This document shows, in pieces, positions 46,893-60,907 of a stretch of 64,000 nt of DNA. The position numbers and the translations under genes are program-made. The stretch's first letter is position 1; each line of letters begins with the position of its first letter. The stretch lies in NCBI RefSeq assembly GCF_009914755.1, contig NC_060940.1; one strand, given 5' to 3'. Origin of the DNA: the human T2T-CHM13v2.0 reference genome, Homo sapiens. The notes beneath the pieces are model-generated. The model worked only from the letters and a program-made list of their open reading frames with translations, had not been told where the DNA came from and made no database searches.

Positions 46893-47365
46893 TGTTTTAG
46901 TTTCTTATGGCTGCTGCAACAAGTTACCACAAACTTGGTGGCTTAAAACAACAGAAATTTATTATCTTACAGTTCTGGAGATGAGGCATTGAAATCAAGG
47001 CATCAATAGGGCCATACTCCCTTTGAAGGACTCTAGGGGAAACTCCTTCCTTGCCTCTTCCAGCTTCTAGTGTCCCTGGTGTTCCTTGGCTTGTGGTAGC
47101 ATCACTTCATAACTTCTCTGCTTCCATCTTCACATGGCCTTCTCTCTGTTTCTGTGTCTCAAATCTCTCTCTCCTTTCTGTTAAAAGGATGCCAGTCATT
47201 GGATTAGGACCCGTCCTAAATCCAGGATGATCCTGAGATCCTTAAGAGCCTCAACTTAATTACATTTGCAAGGACACTTTTTCCAAATAAGGTTACATTC
47301 ACACGTGCCGGGTTTTTGGATTCGGACATATCTTTTTGGGGAACAATATTCAAATGCACTGCACC
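46893..47365. mobile_element. MLT1 (ERVL-MaLR) solo LTR
   Basis: ggctgctgcaacaagttaccacaaacttggtggcttaaaacaacagaaatttatt...ttccaaataaggttacattcaca. Confidence 0.85.
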
Positions 47366-47908
47366 CTTTTACATTCCTACCAACTGTTAGTAGGAATGTA
47401 AAATGAGAGTTCTACTTGTTTCATATCTTTTCATCGCTTGTCAGTCTTTTACATTTTAACCATTCTAGTAGGTGTGCAGTGATATTTGATTTTAATTTGC
47501 ATTTCAGTGATGACTAATGAGGTTGCATATCTCTCTTTTTGTAAATCTTTATTGAGTGAGGTATAATTTACATACCATAAAATTCACCTGTTTTCAGTGT
47601 AGGACTCAATGGTTGGTAGCATATTTGCAGAGTCGTGTAACTGTCACCACCGTCTTATTTTAGAACAGTTCCATTCCAGAAGAAACTTTGTATTCATTTG
47701 CAGTTATTTCTCAATTCTACTTCCTCCCTAGGGAACCACGAATCTACTCTGTTCTTTAGATTTGCCTTTTCTGGACATTTTTATATAGATGGACTCATAC
47801 AATATGTGGTCTTCTTTCACCCAGGATGTTTTTGAGGTTCATCCATGTTGTAGCATATATTGGTACTTTGTTCCTTTTTATTACACAGTGGATAGAATTC
47901 CAGTGTCA

Positions 47909-48208
47909 GGCCGAGCATGGTGGCTCATGCCTGTAATCCCAGCACTTTGGGAGGCCAAGGCAGGTGGATCACCTGAGGTCAGGATAACTTAGATCAAGAC
48001 CAGCCTGGCCAACATGGTGAAACCCTGTCTCTACTAAAAATACTAAAATTAGCCAGGAGTGGTGGCACATGCCTGTAATTCTAGCTACTCGGGAGGCTGA
48101 GGCATGAGAATCACCTAACCTGGAAGGCAGAGGTTGCAGAGAGCCCAGATTGTGCCACTGCATTCCAGCCTGGGTGACAGAGTGAGACTGTGTCTCAAAA
48201 AAAAAAAA
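47909..48208 (+). mobile_element. AluS with TSD AGAATTCCAGTGTCA
   Basis: TSD at 47894-47908 and 48209-48223. Confidence 0.95.
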
Positions 48209-50040
48209 AGAATTCCAGTGTCAGGATATACCATATTTTGTTTATCTGTTCACCAGTTGATGGACATTTGATTTGTTTCTACATTTTGACTATTATGGAA
48301 AATGCTACTGTGAACATTTGCACCCTAGTTTTTGTGTGGACGTGTTTTCATTCCTCTTTGGTAGATACTTAGGAGTGGAATTACAGGACTTATGGTAAAT
48401 CTATGTTTAACATTTTAAGAAACTGACAAACTGTTTACTTGTGTGGCTACACCATTTTACATTTCCCATCAGCCATTTTGAGGGTTACAATTTTGTCACA
48501 TCCTTGTCAACACTTGTTGTTGTCTGTCTTTTCTATTGTAGCCGTTATAGTGGGTGTGAAGTAGTATCTCATTGTGGTTTGATTTGCATTTCTCTGATGG
48601 GTAATAATGTTATGCATCTTCTCATGTGCTTATTGGACATGTGTATATCTTCTTTTGTGAAGTGTCTGTTCAAAATCTTTGCCCATTTTTTTGTTGGATT
48701 GTTTGTGTTCCTATTATTAAGTTTTATGAGTTCTTTATATTTTCTAGATATAAATCCTTTGTTTACTATGTGTGTTGCAAACATTATCTTCCATTCATCT
48801 AGGTTACTTAATAGTTTTTAAGAAAGGTCCACTTTATCAATGTTTATTTTTATGATTCATGCTTTTTGTGTCATATCTATGCAGTCTTTATCCCAAAGTC
48901 ACAAAGATTTCTTTTTTGCTTTTTAAATTAAACTTTGTCATCCCCATAATGGGCACTTAGTTTTTATTTTTCTTTTCTCTTTGAAATAACTTAGATCATA
49001 TTTTCTCTCTTGTGATTGCTTATGCTATGGACTTTTATGCTGTTTCCAAGTCTGGAGGGTGAATAAGAAGGTTGGACCACATAGCTTTCTACGATTAACA
49101 TTTATTTAATTTGTGTTAAGCACATGAGAATACTATACGGTATTCATGCATTTTTAAAATGAACTTTTCTTCTAAGGCATATAATAGAACAGTCCAGATA
49201 AGTATTTGATGGTTTGAGTTAGAACCATGGCGTCTACTATTTCCTTACTGTAGGGATAGGGGATTCATACCCCGTGCCTCAGTTTCTCCAGTCATTAATG
49301 AGGTTAAGAATAGCTGCTTCTGTGGGTTGGTGTGAGGACCCAGTGTGATGAGGTCTAGCTACTATTCCAGGGGTAGAGTAGCATGCCCTTGATTGAGTTT
49401 GGTGGCCTGAGGGGTCCTCTGCTGGGGTGGGGCTGGCCCTATGCATTTTTTCCCAGATGTTATAATTTATTATTTTGAAATGATTTAAAACTTATTGAAG
49501 AGCAAGAGTAGAACCTAGAGCTCTCATAGACCTGTTTGTCCATATTCACAGGTTAACATCTTGCTGTGTTCACTTTATTGCTCTCTTTCTCGCCATATAT
49601 ATCCACATGAACAATTTTTTTAATGAACCATTGCAGAGTAAGTCGGAGACATCAGTCCTCTTTACCCCTAAATAGTTCAGCATATATTTCCTAAGAACAT
49701 GGACATTCTCTTGCATACAAATATAAACACAATCAATTGTTAATTTCAGAAAAAGTTAACATTGATATAATGCTATTATTTCATCCAAAGTCCATATTCA
49801 AATTTTGCTAATTGTCCTAATAATGAATTTTATAGCATTTTTTTCCTGGTCCAGGTTCCATCTGGATTGCATATTACCTTTCATTGTCAGGTCCCTTTGG
49901 TCTCTTCTCCTTTAATCTGGTGTCCTTTCATGTCCTTTAAATTGGTTCCTCATCCTTTTTCTTTCAAGACATTGACATTTGTGATGTGTGCAAGCTATCT
50001 TTTATTTATTTATTTATTTATTTATTTAATTTTTTTGTAG

Positions 50041-50395
<355 letters not shown>

Positions 50396-51776
50396 AGATT
50401 TTGCATTTTTGCATGTATATTTTTGAGGAAAGATGGGGCCTCTAGAGGTCACATATTTATAATCCACATATGCCTCCTGGCTGTAGGTAAGTTTTATTTG
50501 GCCCAAACAAACTAAAAGTTGTTTCAGAATTATTTTCTAATATTTAAAAGTTGAGGGATTTCACATAAAGATCTGGGTGTCTGACTCTCTTGAAAAACTT
50601 AAGTATCTGGTAACAGTGGGCATGCATTTTCCTAACTAGAATTGAATAGTGGCTTCCCTTTTAGGTGGGAAATGTGCTTTCCATTTTGCTGTCATCCAGT
50701 TTTGCCCCTTAAGTTACAATATAGTGGTGTAGTGTGGAGCTTTAGATGCAGACTCCTGAGATTGAATTCTGCTCCCTCATTTACTTGCGCAAGCAATTTA
50801 ACTTCTCTGAGCCTCCATTTCCTCATCTATCAAATAGGAGTGATATGGTTCTGGTAGGGATTGAGATATTATATAGCACATAAAACATTGCTGGCATACA
50901 GTAAAAATAAACATTGTTATCATCATCATTATCACCATCATCACCACCACCTTCACTACTGCCTATCTGACCCCAGTAGATATATATTCTGTATGTATAT
51001 ATATATATATGTATTCTGATCCCAGGACGTTTATTCTGTAAACTTATGTTGAGTGTCTAGTCAAGTGGATTTTCTCAAATGGGGTTCCATTAACTTATTT
51101 CCCATGCAGCCAGAATGGTACTAGTTTTGTACCACCTTTCAGAAAATTGAGAATATAGTCACTCAAACCATTTTCTGTGTTCTGTGGTTCAGATAAGGAA
51201 CCTGATTAAGTGTCGAGTAGTGTACTCAGCACCAGGGTAAAGATGGCAGACACAGTCCCATGGAACTGGCTGGCTGTCCATGGAAGGTAAGTAAGTACCA
51301 ACAGCAGAGTGGTGAGTTTTATCACGGGAGGACACGGTAGCAAAGAGGATCTAACATGGCCTAGTAGTCATGGAATTCCTTCCTTAGAAGATCTGTTTAA
51401 AGGTGTATCCTTATGAGAGGCCTGGGATTCCTTACGGGGTTTTTCAGAAACATTAAAACTGTTTCATTAGTCATGGAATAAAAAGCTATGGATGTTGAAA
51501 TCCAAGTTAGCTTCAAAGACTCTTATGCTGGCTTAGGTTAGATAATCTTTTAAACTATTAAAAATAGAACTAGTTTATTATGGAAATGGTTATATACCTA
51601 AGAACATTTAATAATTTTGTTTGAGTAATGTACATTTTTATCAATGAAGGAAAATATCCAGAATATGTAACCTACCGTTTTAAGTAACATGATTTAAAAA
51701 CTCTTCTGCTTTTGGTGATAGTTGTCTTATCAACTTTAAATGATAAGGTTTATTGAGTTATAAAAATAATAACTTG

Positions 51777-51945
51777 GCCAAATGCAGTGGCTTATACCTG
51801 TAATCCCAATGCTTTGTGAGGCCAAGGTGGAGGAGGCTCACTTGAGACCAGGAGTTGGAGGTTACAGTGAGCTGTGATTATGCCACTGCACTCCAGGCTG
51901 GGCAACAGAGTGAGACCCTGTCTCTAAATAATAATAACAATAACT
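51777..51945 (+). mobile_element. Alu monomer (FRAM/FAM-like)
   Basis: Single monomer with (AAT)n tail. Confidence 0.85.
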
Positions 51946-53547
51946 CAACAAAAGAAAGTTTGTTATTTATGTTTTTACTGACTGGGTATTTTTACCTTAT
52001 TTTATATTTCAAATTTGGCATTTTATTGAGGTCCTGAGAAGGTTCTTTTGGAGTCTACTTTTATTATGGGCCATTCTAGATTATGTCACCAGTTTATCTA
52101 AAGTGGACACTAAATATAGGACAGTTTTGGTGTTAGGCCAAAGACCAGGGGACTTGAAAAATGAAAACCTCACCTGACAGATTCTACTCTGTTTTTTTTC
52201 CTTCTTCCCGAAATCCATTATTATTTTTTGCTTAATCTCTCCTTCAATATATGGGTAAGCCTTTAATCACTGTTTCGGAGGTTTAGTTGACTTCTGTAAA
52301 TAGAAGAAGAGTTAGTGTATTTGATCATAGTTTCCAAACCACTTTTAATACTGTACCTTACTTGAAAATTAACCAGCTAAACTATCGAGTAACAGTGAGT
52401 TCTTGTTGCTTTCTGTTATTTCCAGGCTGTTTCCTAACCCTCCTAGTACTGGTTTTGAAAACTAAATTAGCCATTCAAAAAAACTCTTAGACACTTTGAG
52501 CAAACAGTAGCTTCCTTGAAGATAGCATTTGTGTCTAATTCATCTTTTCATCTCTCCATTGTACCTGGCAGGATGTCTTCCACAAAGGAGACATTAATAA
52601 GTATCTGGTGAAGAAAGATTAAATGGTTGAGAGAGTCCAGCATCTGTTATGTGATATATGTGACCCTTCATAATTATGATTCTGGATCCTTGGCTGCTAA
52701 TGAGATTTACTGTGGCTGAGTTTAGTGATACAGATTTTGGCATGTAGATGATAGTCTCCAAAAAAGTAGAGATCATGTTTTTTTTTTTTTTTCCGTTTTG
52801 TCATTCACCATTTTATCCCTAGCCCTTAAGATTTTGCCAGACACATGGTAGATATTCCATACTTGTCAAACAATGAATGAATGAATTCCCAAGAGCATCA
52901 CTTGTTATTGGTCAGTAGACTTTCTAATAGTGAGAGATGGAACCGGAATTTGAAAGAAGTAATGGAAAATGGTTAAGTACCTTATGAATTTTAAATTAAT
53001 ATACCATAGGTGTGGGCATTAATTTTGAGAAACAAGACTCTTCTGTTCAACACATACTTTAGCAACTGTCAACACTTGTTTTCAAGTGTTCTCTTCCAAT
53101 TTTAAAATGCCAGTTTACCTTTCAGATTTAGAGTATTTTGTTGTTGTTAGTTTATTATGGCAGTTTTCTTGCTAAAGTTATATTTAAAGTGTGACTTTCT
53201 AACTTCTAGAGGAGAGGAACTTTTGTTAAGGTGGTACTTTTGGAACCTTAATGAAAAACACACCTTAGAGAAGGTGAATTTAGAGTTCTGCTAAGCACAT
53301 TCATTTACTCTTCTATTATAAACTGGTTTTGTAATATTTTATAAAATTGTCTCACTGGTTGATTTCACAATGTAAACTGGGAGGATTCTTAGGATTCCTT
53401 GGGTTGGATTAGAACAGGTTCAAGAGATGAAGATTTGTGTTGGTAGGGGCTTGTTTCCAAACGTTTGTCCTTGGCATGCTCTTTGTTAAGCCATCACATG
53501 TTTGAAAGTTAAACCTTGAATTGGTGCCATGGTTTGCATTTAAAAAA

Positions 53548-53772
53548 ATGTATTTTATTATGGTAAGAACACAACATAAGATCTACTCTCTTACCACATT
53601 TTTAAGTGTACAATAAAGTATTGTAAACTGTAGGTACAATGTTGTATAGCAGATCTCTGGCACTGATTCATCTTGTATAATTGAAACTTTATGCCGCTTG
53701 ATTAGCTCTTTCCCATCCTCCCAGCCCTGGTCATCATCTTTCTACTCTCTGATTCTATGAGTTTGACTATTA
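53548..53772 (-). mobile_element. L1MA/MB 3' end fragment
   Basis: ggtaagaacacaacataagatctactctctta...aggtacaatgttgtatagcagatctct. Confidence 0.75.
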
Positions 53773-56234
53773 GACGTGCATTTTTGTTTTTGCTATAAGC
53801 ATCTGTCCTGTTGCTATGCTGATCATTTATTTACTCTGTAGTTTTGGAAATGACCTGCTTACAAGATAACCATGCCTCCCCTTATGTTAAAAAACTGCCA
53901 TATGGATAAAGGGCAGTTAAGACCTTTACAACTGGTAGAAACCAAGTAGAAAATTCAGTTTGAAGGACCAAATTATGTTGCAGCTGCTCTGAGGAGGAGA
54001 TTTGTTGCCAGAGCATGAGTGTTTTCATAATTGTTTGTGATCAGAAAATTCAGAGCTCTGATTTCTGCATTAGCCCTAAGTCTGCCCTTTGGCACCTTCA
54101 TTTAGTGATTGGATCATTCAAGGCTGAGCCTCAAGGGCCAGCATTTCTCCAGTAATAATATAAAATGGGCTGATGTTGCAACCTTAACTCACTCTGCTGA
54201 ATTGGGCATGATTAAAGTCTCAAGGCTGCATTAATATGGATTTTCTATTTCTATGTACAGCCGTCCATTATCTCACTATTTTCCAGTTTGCCATTTTTTG
54301 AAAACAAAGATGGAAAATTCTGCTGATGAAATTTTTTTTTTGTCTGTCAGCACAACAGCATTTTTTGGGCTTAAGAATATGAGAATAGCACCGGGCAAAT
54401 GAATGCAAACATTACAGTTTATGTGGACTCTAGCCTGTTGTCATGTCAATCTTGTTATTTAGGTAAATAGTGTGCAATTTTTCACCAAATCAGCAGCCAA
54501 TATGCTGCGAGCCATTTTTGTTTTAGTTACATTATTGGCTGGTAACACTATTAATGAGACAATAATTGGGAAATAGTAGTCATTGTTCTCATAAAACACG
54601 ATCCTTGTGTTGGAACCACAGCCAGGCAGAGGAGTTGCATATGCAGACTGCAAGGGAGGAAAGGATGAGTAGCCAGTGTTCCCAGCTTTTAAAATCATCA
54701 GACCCCTGCTGCTTAAATTGCCCCAGCTGTTAATGCTGGAACCATTACAGTAATGGACTCAGCAAATGAAGGAGAACGAAGACACGCACACTTTATTACC
54801 AGAGGGGCAATTTTCTCTTCATATGTAATAGCAGCGGTGCCTCATATTGATCAGACCATCAAGATACTAATCCTCTGTAAAATTACTTTTTATAACTGAA
54901 AATGTGTTAATCCAAATCAGTCTGTGTCCTGACTGTCTACTTACTATTGAATACGGACTATTAGATGCTTTATTTTTCATGATTTAAAGGCTTTGCCCTG
55001 AAAATGGTTGGCTTTTCCCTTGCAACACTGAGTGCTTAATCTTAGCTATAGCCCAGGGTTGTCTTTTTGTTTTAAACAGAACATCACCCACTTAATTAAG
55101 GAGTGAGTGTCTGTCTTGCTGAGTTATGCTGGTGTTTTATGTTCCTCTGGATTTATTAAGCATCTTGTTTTACATTCAGTCTGCGGTTTGTGCTGTAAAT
55201 AAAAATAGGCCCATCTTGCACATATTAGAAATTTGCAGGTAGCAAATGTCAATAAGTACCAGGGATGTAAGGTTCTTTGATTTATACTTCAGGCACCAGG
55301 TTGTGGTTTGTCGATTGAACCCATAGGCAGGATGCATCTTGGTGTCTTCTGTGGAGCAGATGTGTTTTTGCATCGTTGTCTGAGAAAGTTTATGTTTATT
55401 TCTGCATCCTTGGTTCAGTAGATTGCTTTTCAGACAATGAGGCATATCCGCTCCGCCTCTTATGTCTTGTGAGAAATGACTACAGCTAAACATTATTATG
55501 AGAAGACCCATTAAAAACTGATTTCTATCTTCCTGAATATTTGGAATTTTGGGAACTTTGTAAAATTCCCATTTTTTTCATTATAATCTCTTTCCACATA
55601 CCTTATATGTTTATTTGTATATAGACTCAGGTGCCCTCTTGGCAGTATATTTATTCTAATATGTTGTTATAGCTGAAAGCATTTGTGTGACATTCTCTGT
55701 AGAGTTCATTCAGAAATACTTAATTAGTGTACCCTTTGTGTACCAGGACTTGGATTACAGGCTGGAGACTTGAGGAAGTGTAAGATATAATCTTTGCTAT
55801 TGAGGACCTCAGTTTAGGAGGAAGACAGGCATGTAAACAAATAATTATAATAATGCAGTATAGTAAATACTAGTCTACTGTGAATGTGTACTTCTTGGGA
55901 GCATGGGCGCAATAGTAAAATCAGCCTCATTGGTTTTTTTTGCTGTGTTATCAAAAGCAGAATTCTGACATCCACTTTGAGACTTGTTTCTGAATGACTC
56001 GTAGCTGTTTGAAAGAAATCTCTTCCTTCCTCACTGGAGACATGTTTACCACCCTAGGGGGATAGTCAAAGGAAAGTTTTCCAAAAATGTTTTGATCAAT
56101 GATCACATCTTTGGATATGTATAGAGTTTCCCAAGGAGGCTACTTGAAAGGAGATAGTGCTTATGTTGTTTATGTTCTGGCATTTATGTATAAATCAGTC
56201 TTATTGCTTTAGAGTATAGTTTATGAGGAGAAAC

Positions 56235-56440
56235 TGTAGCCTGTGGTGGTTAAGAACGTGGAATCCTTTAGCTCTATTTACTGGCTGAGTGATCTTGGGC
56301 AAGTCACCTATTCTCCTTGAGCCTCAATCTTCATCTGTAAAATGGGGATCATAATAGTTGTGAAGATTAAATGATTTAATATATGTAAAGCATTTAGAAT
56401 ATTGTTGGGGTAAGTGCTATATAAGGTTATTATTATTATG
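56235..56440 (+). mobile_element. MIR
   Basis: gatcttgggcaagtcac..gagcctca..tcatctgtaaaatgggga core. Confidence 0.85.
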
Positions 56441-56569
56441 CGTGTGACTATTAATGAAATTATTTTTCATATGTAGCTTATGAAAGTCAGCTTCGTAAAT
56501 ATAGAACCACACTGTATATATAAGTATATGGTATGTGAGATAGAGAAGCATTTCTTAAATTTCTTAATG

Positions 56570-59500
56570 AAATTTTTTTTCTGATTACATAATAATTTTT
56601 TATTTTAGAAAAACTAACAAATATGGAAAAATATGAGGCAGAAAAAAGTCTCATACTCTTCAGAGATAAATACTGTTACTTTATATTAGTGTATTGCTTA
56701 GAATATTGTTATTATGCTTATATATAATATATACAGTATGACTAATTTTAAATATATTTATGATCTATATTTATATAAGATATATTTTAAACAAAAATTA
56801 GAAAGATAACTTGCATATTTTTTACTCTGCTTTTTTTTACCATCCAGTATATTATATTTTTTTCATATAATTCCAATTGTATAGTATTTTATGGATTTTT
56901 TTCCATCCTATCATAGGTTATCCTTTAGTGAACATTCTTGTACATAAATCTCTGCAAATCTTTGGAATGTTTCATAGGGTAAATTAAAAGGAGAATTGTA
57001 TGGGCTAACTTTTGTTAAGATTTTTGGTTCTCATTGTCAAGTTGCCACCTGGGGAGGTAATGCCAGTTTCCAATTTAAAGAAGCAATATGTCAGAATGCT
57101 TATTGGTACATCCACTCTAACACTGGGAATTATCAGAAAACAAAAATGTTTGCTGATTTGGAGGAGAAGTAGGAACTTGTAGAACTAATTTGTATTTTCC
57201 TAATTATTATATTTGGTTGAATTTCCTCCCACCATTTATATTGGCCAAATATAGTTCTTTTGTGATTTGTTTATTCATATAGGCTTTGTTCATTTTGCTA
57301 ACGTGTTCGTCTTTTCTTACTGATTTGGAAAAATATTTTGTAGATTAGGGATGTTATTTACTAATCATGTGATAGAAATATTTTTCCAGTTTGTTTATTG
57401 CCTGACTTTTATATTTTTGTTATTCAAAAGTTTTCCTTTGTTTTTAATTAGAAAAACATTTTCCCTGTCAGTATTAGATTAACAGTCATGCATTCTTCTG
57501 GTTATTAATATTTTATGTTTTTTTCATGTAATTGTTAAAATGTGTCTAGAATTTAGTTGGTGTTATGGTATGGAGTAGATGTGGAAATTTTTCTTCCCCA
57601 AGGCCAATCAGATATCGCTGCCTGCATTTATTGACTTATCTTTTACGTACTGATTTGAATGCTTAAATAATCAGATCTGCTTTTTATCCTGTTTGTTTTT
57701 ACTTTGACACATCATTTTAATTGCCATCGATTTATAATATCTTTCTAAATTTGGCAGCATGAGGCCCCTATAATTAGTCTTTACTTTCAAAAATTCTGTG
57801 GCTCATCTCTTGCTTTGAGAAGACAACCTAAATTTTTTCCCAGGTAAATTTAAAAATCACCTTTTCAAGGTCCCCCATGTGCCCCACCAGTCTTTTGGTA
57901 TTTTAATTGTTATTGCATTAAATTTATACATTAATTTGGAAATAACTGAAATATTTGTGGTAAATCATTTTTCTCATTCAATAATTATCTGTCTCTACAT
58001 TTATTTAAGTTTTATGATCTTCAGAAAGCTTTGTAATTTTGTTCAATTGGGCACCATTTATTACTTTATGTAAAATACGTGGGTATTTTATATTTTTGAT
58101 TACTATTTTTTGGTTACTATTGAAAATGGGATATTTAAAAATTGTGTTTTTTAAATGATACTTAAGAAAGTTTTTTATGTGTTTGCTATTTTTGTATTTG
58201 GCCACAATACAGAATGCATTCTTATCATTCTAATAGTTTTGGATGATTTTCTTGGGTTTTCTGGATATTTACGAGGTTGATAATCTACTTATCTGCAAAT
58301 ATAATTTGTTTTTTCCTCTTTCAGTAATTATACTCTCCTCTCCTTTTTTTTTCTTCTATTATTACCTTGTCTAGAACCTCCAGTTGGTAGTGGTTATAGC
58401 AGATAGTCATGTCTTCAACAGTTATACTTCGGGATTCTAGTATTAAGTAAAGTGGTAGTTGTTGGCAGTTATCTTTGATTCTTACTTTGTTTTTTTCAGG
58501 GACTGAGGTTGAATTTTATTGAATTTTAGGAACATTTTTTGGACATCTCTTTAGATGGTAGTATCTTTACTTCTACTGATAAAATGTAATTTATTAGACT
58601 TTCTAATAATGGTTCCTTGGGATAAAGCCTACTTGGTTATATTATATAGGTCTTTTAATATATTGCTGAATTCAACATTTTAGTATATTTCAATTAGGAA
58701 AGTAAGATGGGTCAGTATCAGGGATTCTTATGGAAACCGCAGAGTGGTACTCCAGGGGTTGAGGGTATATCAGAATCTTTGAATGGGGCATATATAACAT
58801 ACATGTTGAACATAATTCAAGCTACAGTTTGTAAAGCCTAATAAAGCATTTTTGGCTGATGGGGATAAGATCACAGTAGAAGAAGGTAAAGTGAATAAAA
58901 ATATTGAGAAACTCCTTTTTGTGCTTTCTTTTGTCAAATTTGGTATCGTATTATGCTAGTATCATAAAATGACTTGCAGAGTTTTCCTCCTCCCTGTCTT
59001 CTTGGGAACCATTTACAAAGCATTAGGATTATTTGCCTGTTGGAAGTTTGAACTTTACTTCTTCTTCTTCTTTTTCTTCTTCTTCTTTTTTTTGAGCAGA
59101 GTCTTGCTGTGTCACCCAGGCTCACTGCAGCCTCTGCCTCCCGGGCTCAAACAGTTCTCCTGCTTCAGCCCCCCGAGTAGCTGGGATTACAGGCGTGCAC
59201 CACCATGCCTGGCTATTGTCTATTTAGTTTTCTTCTTGAGTAAATTTTGGTCATTATATCTTAGAATGGGAGAGTTTTACATTTATTGACATGGCATTGA
59301 GCATAACATTCTCTGGTTTACTAGGGTAGAATTGTGTATAGTTTTATAATTTAAAAAATTCCATATTCACTTTTTCCATCTTCTTTTAAATTATAACTTT
59401 GTACATTCTTGTCTTCTCTTTAAAAATTGACTATATTTGCTGGTAGTCTGTTTTTTTTTTTTTTTTTTAAACAAGCTCTTGAATTTGTTTATGCTCTAAT

Positions 59501-59640
59501 TCATTAATTTCTACCTTTGTTTTTATTGTTTTCTTTGTCCTGCATTGCCTAAGCTTCTTTTGGCAACATCTTGAGATGAATGCTTACTTATTCATTTTTA
59601 TTCTTTTTTGTTTAATATGGAAAGTATTTCAAAATCTTAA
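56570..59640 (-). mobile_element. Highly decayed old L1 (L1ME-like) region, with an Alu right monomer at 59058-59215
   Basis: T-rich strand with L1-like phrases (ttaattgttattgcattaaatttatacattaatttgg); boundaries vague. Confidence 0.5.
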
Positions 59641-59908
59641 AATAGTTTTATCTTTTTGGTTTCTGTAGCAATTTGTGCATGTTTTTGTAGCACTTATTCA
59701 GTATTCTAATGATTTTTTTCATTTTCTTTCTCATACCTTAGTTATATAGACTATACTTTATTTTTCTTTGTACCCCAATGTCCGCAGAGTCTTGAACACA
59801 ATAGGTACTGAACTAATGTTTCCTAAATGAATACCCTGAATTCCCCCATTCCCCTTTCACTCCACACAAATAGTAAGTAGCCTGCTATAGTTAGTGGAAG
59901 TTTAGCTC

Positions 59909-60020
59909 TCCAACTACCAGTGCACATCACTGGTGGTTGGAGGGCTAAACTTGTAGTCTCACATTCCAACTACCAGTGCACATCACTAGTAGTTGGAAGG
60001 CTAAACTTGGAGTTTCACAT
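59909..60020. repeat. 2 x 56-bp tandem repeat with internally palindromic units
   Basis: Units 59909-59964 and 59965-60020. Confidence 0.95.
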
Positions 60021-60427
60021 ATGCCACTTACTACGTATTACCTTGTATGAGTCCTCCAATCTCTGTGATGTTTCATCTGTAAAATGGGGATAATAACTCC
60101 CTTCCCTGCTTCATCTGAGATGTCATCAATAAGATAATAAATGTAAAAGAACTTTGAATACTAACAATGTTATGTAGATATAAATATGATTTAAAATAGG
60201 TTTTTAGCATTCTTATCTCATCCACCACTTCTCCCCCTCCCCACCATGTAGAAATTATCAAGTTCTTAGGAACAGAAACTTATTTTGAAATAGACAATAT
60301 TGTACATATTCATGGAGTACATAGTGATGTTTTGATACATATCGTGTATAGTGATAAGATCAGGATAATTAGCATTTTAATCATCTCAAACATTTATTAT
60401 TTCTTTGTATTAGGAACACAGAAACTT

Positions 60428-60507
60428 AAAAAGATATATATATATCTTTTATATATATAAAATATATATATATCTTTTATATATATATAAAAGATATATA
60501 TATATCT
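60428..60507. repeat. AT-rich palindromic repeat (AAAAGA(TA)nTCTTTT units)
   Basis: Read directly. Confidence 0.9.
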
Positions 60508-60583
60508 GTGTCTTCCGAAGTATCTAGCACAGAACTTTGTTGACAGATATACAGTAAATATTTGTTGACTGGATGTTTTCTGA

Positions 60584-60907
<324 letters not shown>

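Larger units (their letters stand above)
46105..48910 (-). mobile_element. Cluster of old L1M fragments with nested FLAM (46404-46530), MLT1 LTR and Alu
   Basis: tttattgaggtataatttacata 3' ends at about 46110 and 47550; L1 ORF2-like peptide 48569..48784. Confidence 0.8.
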
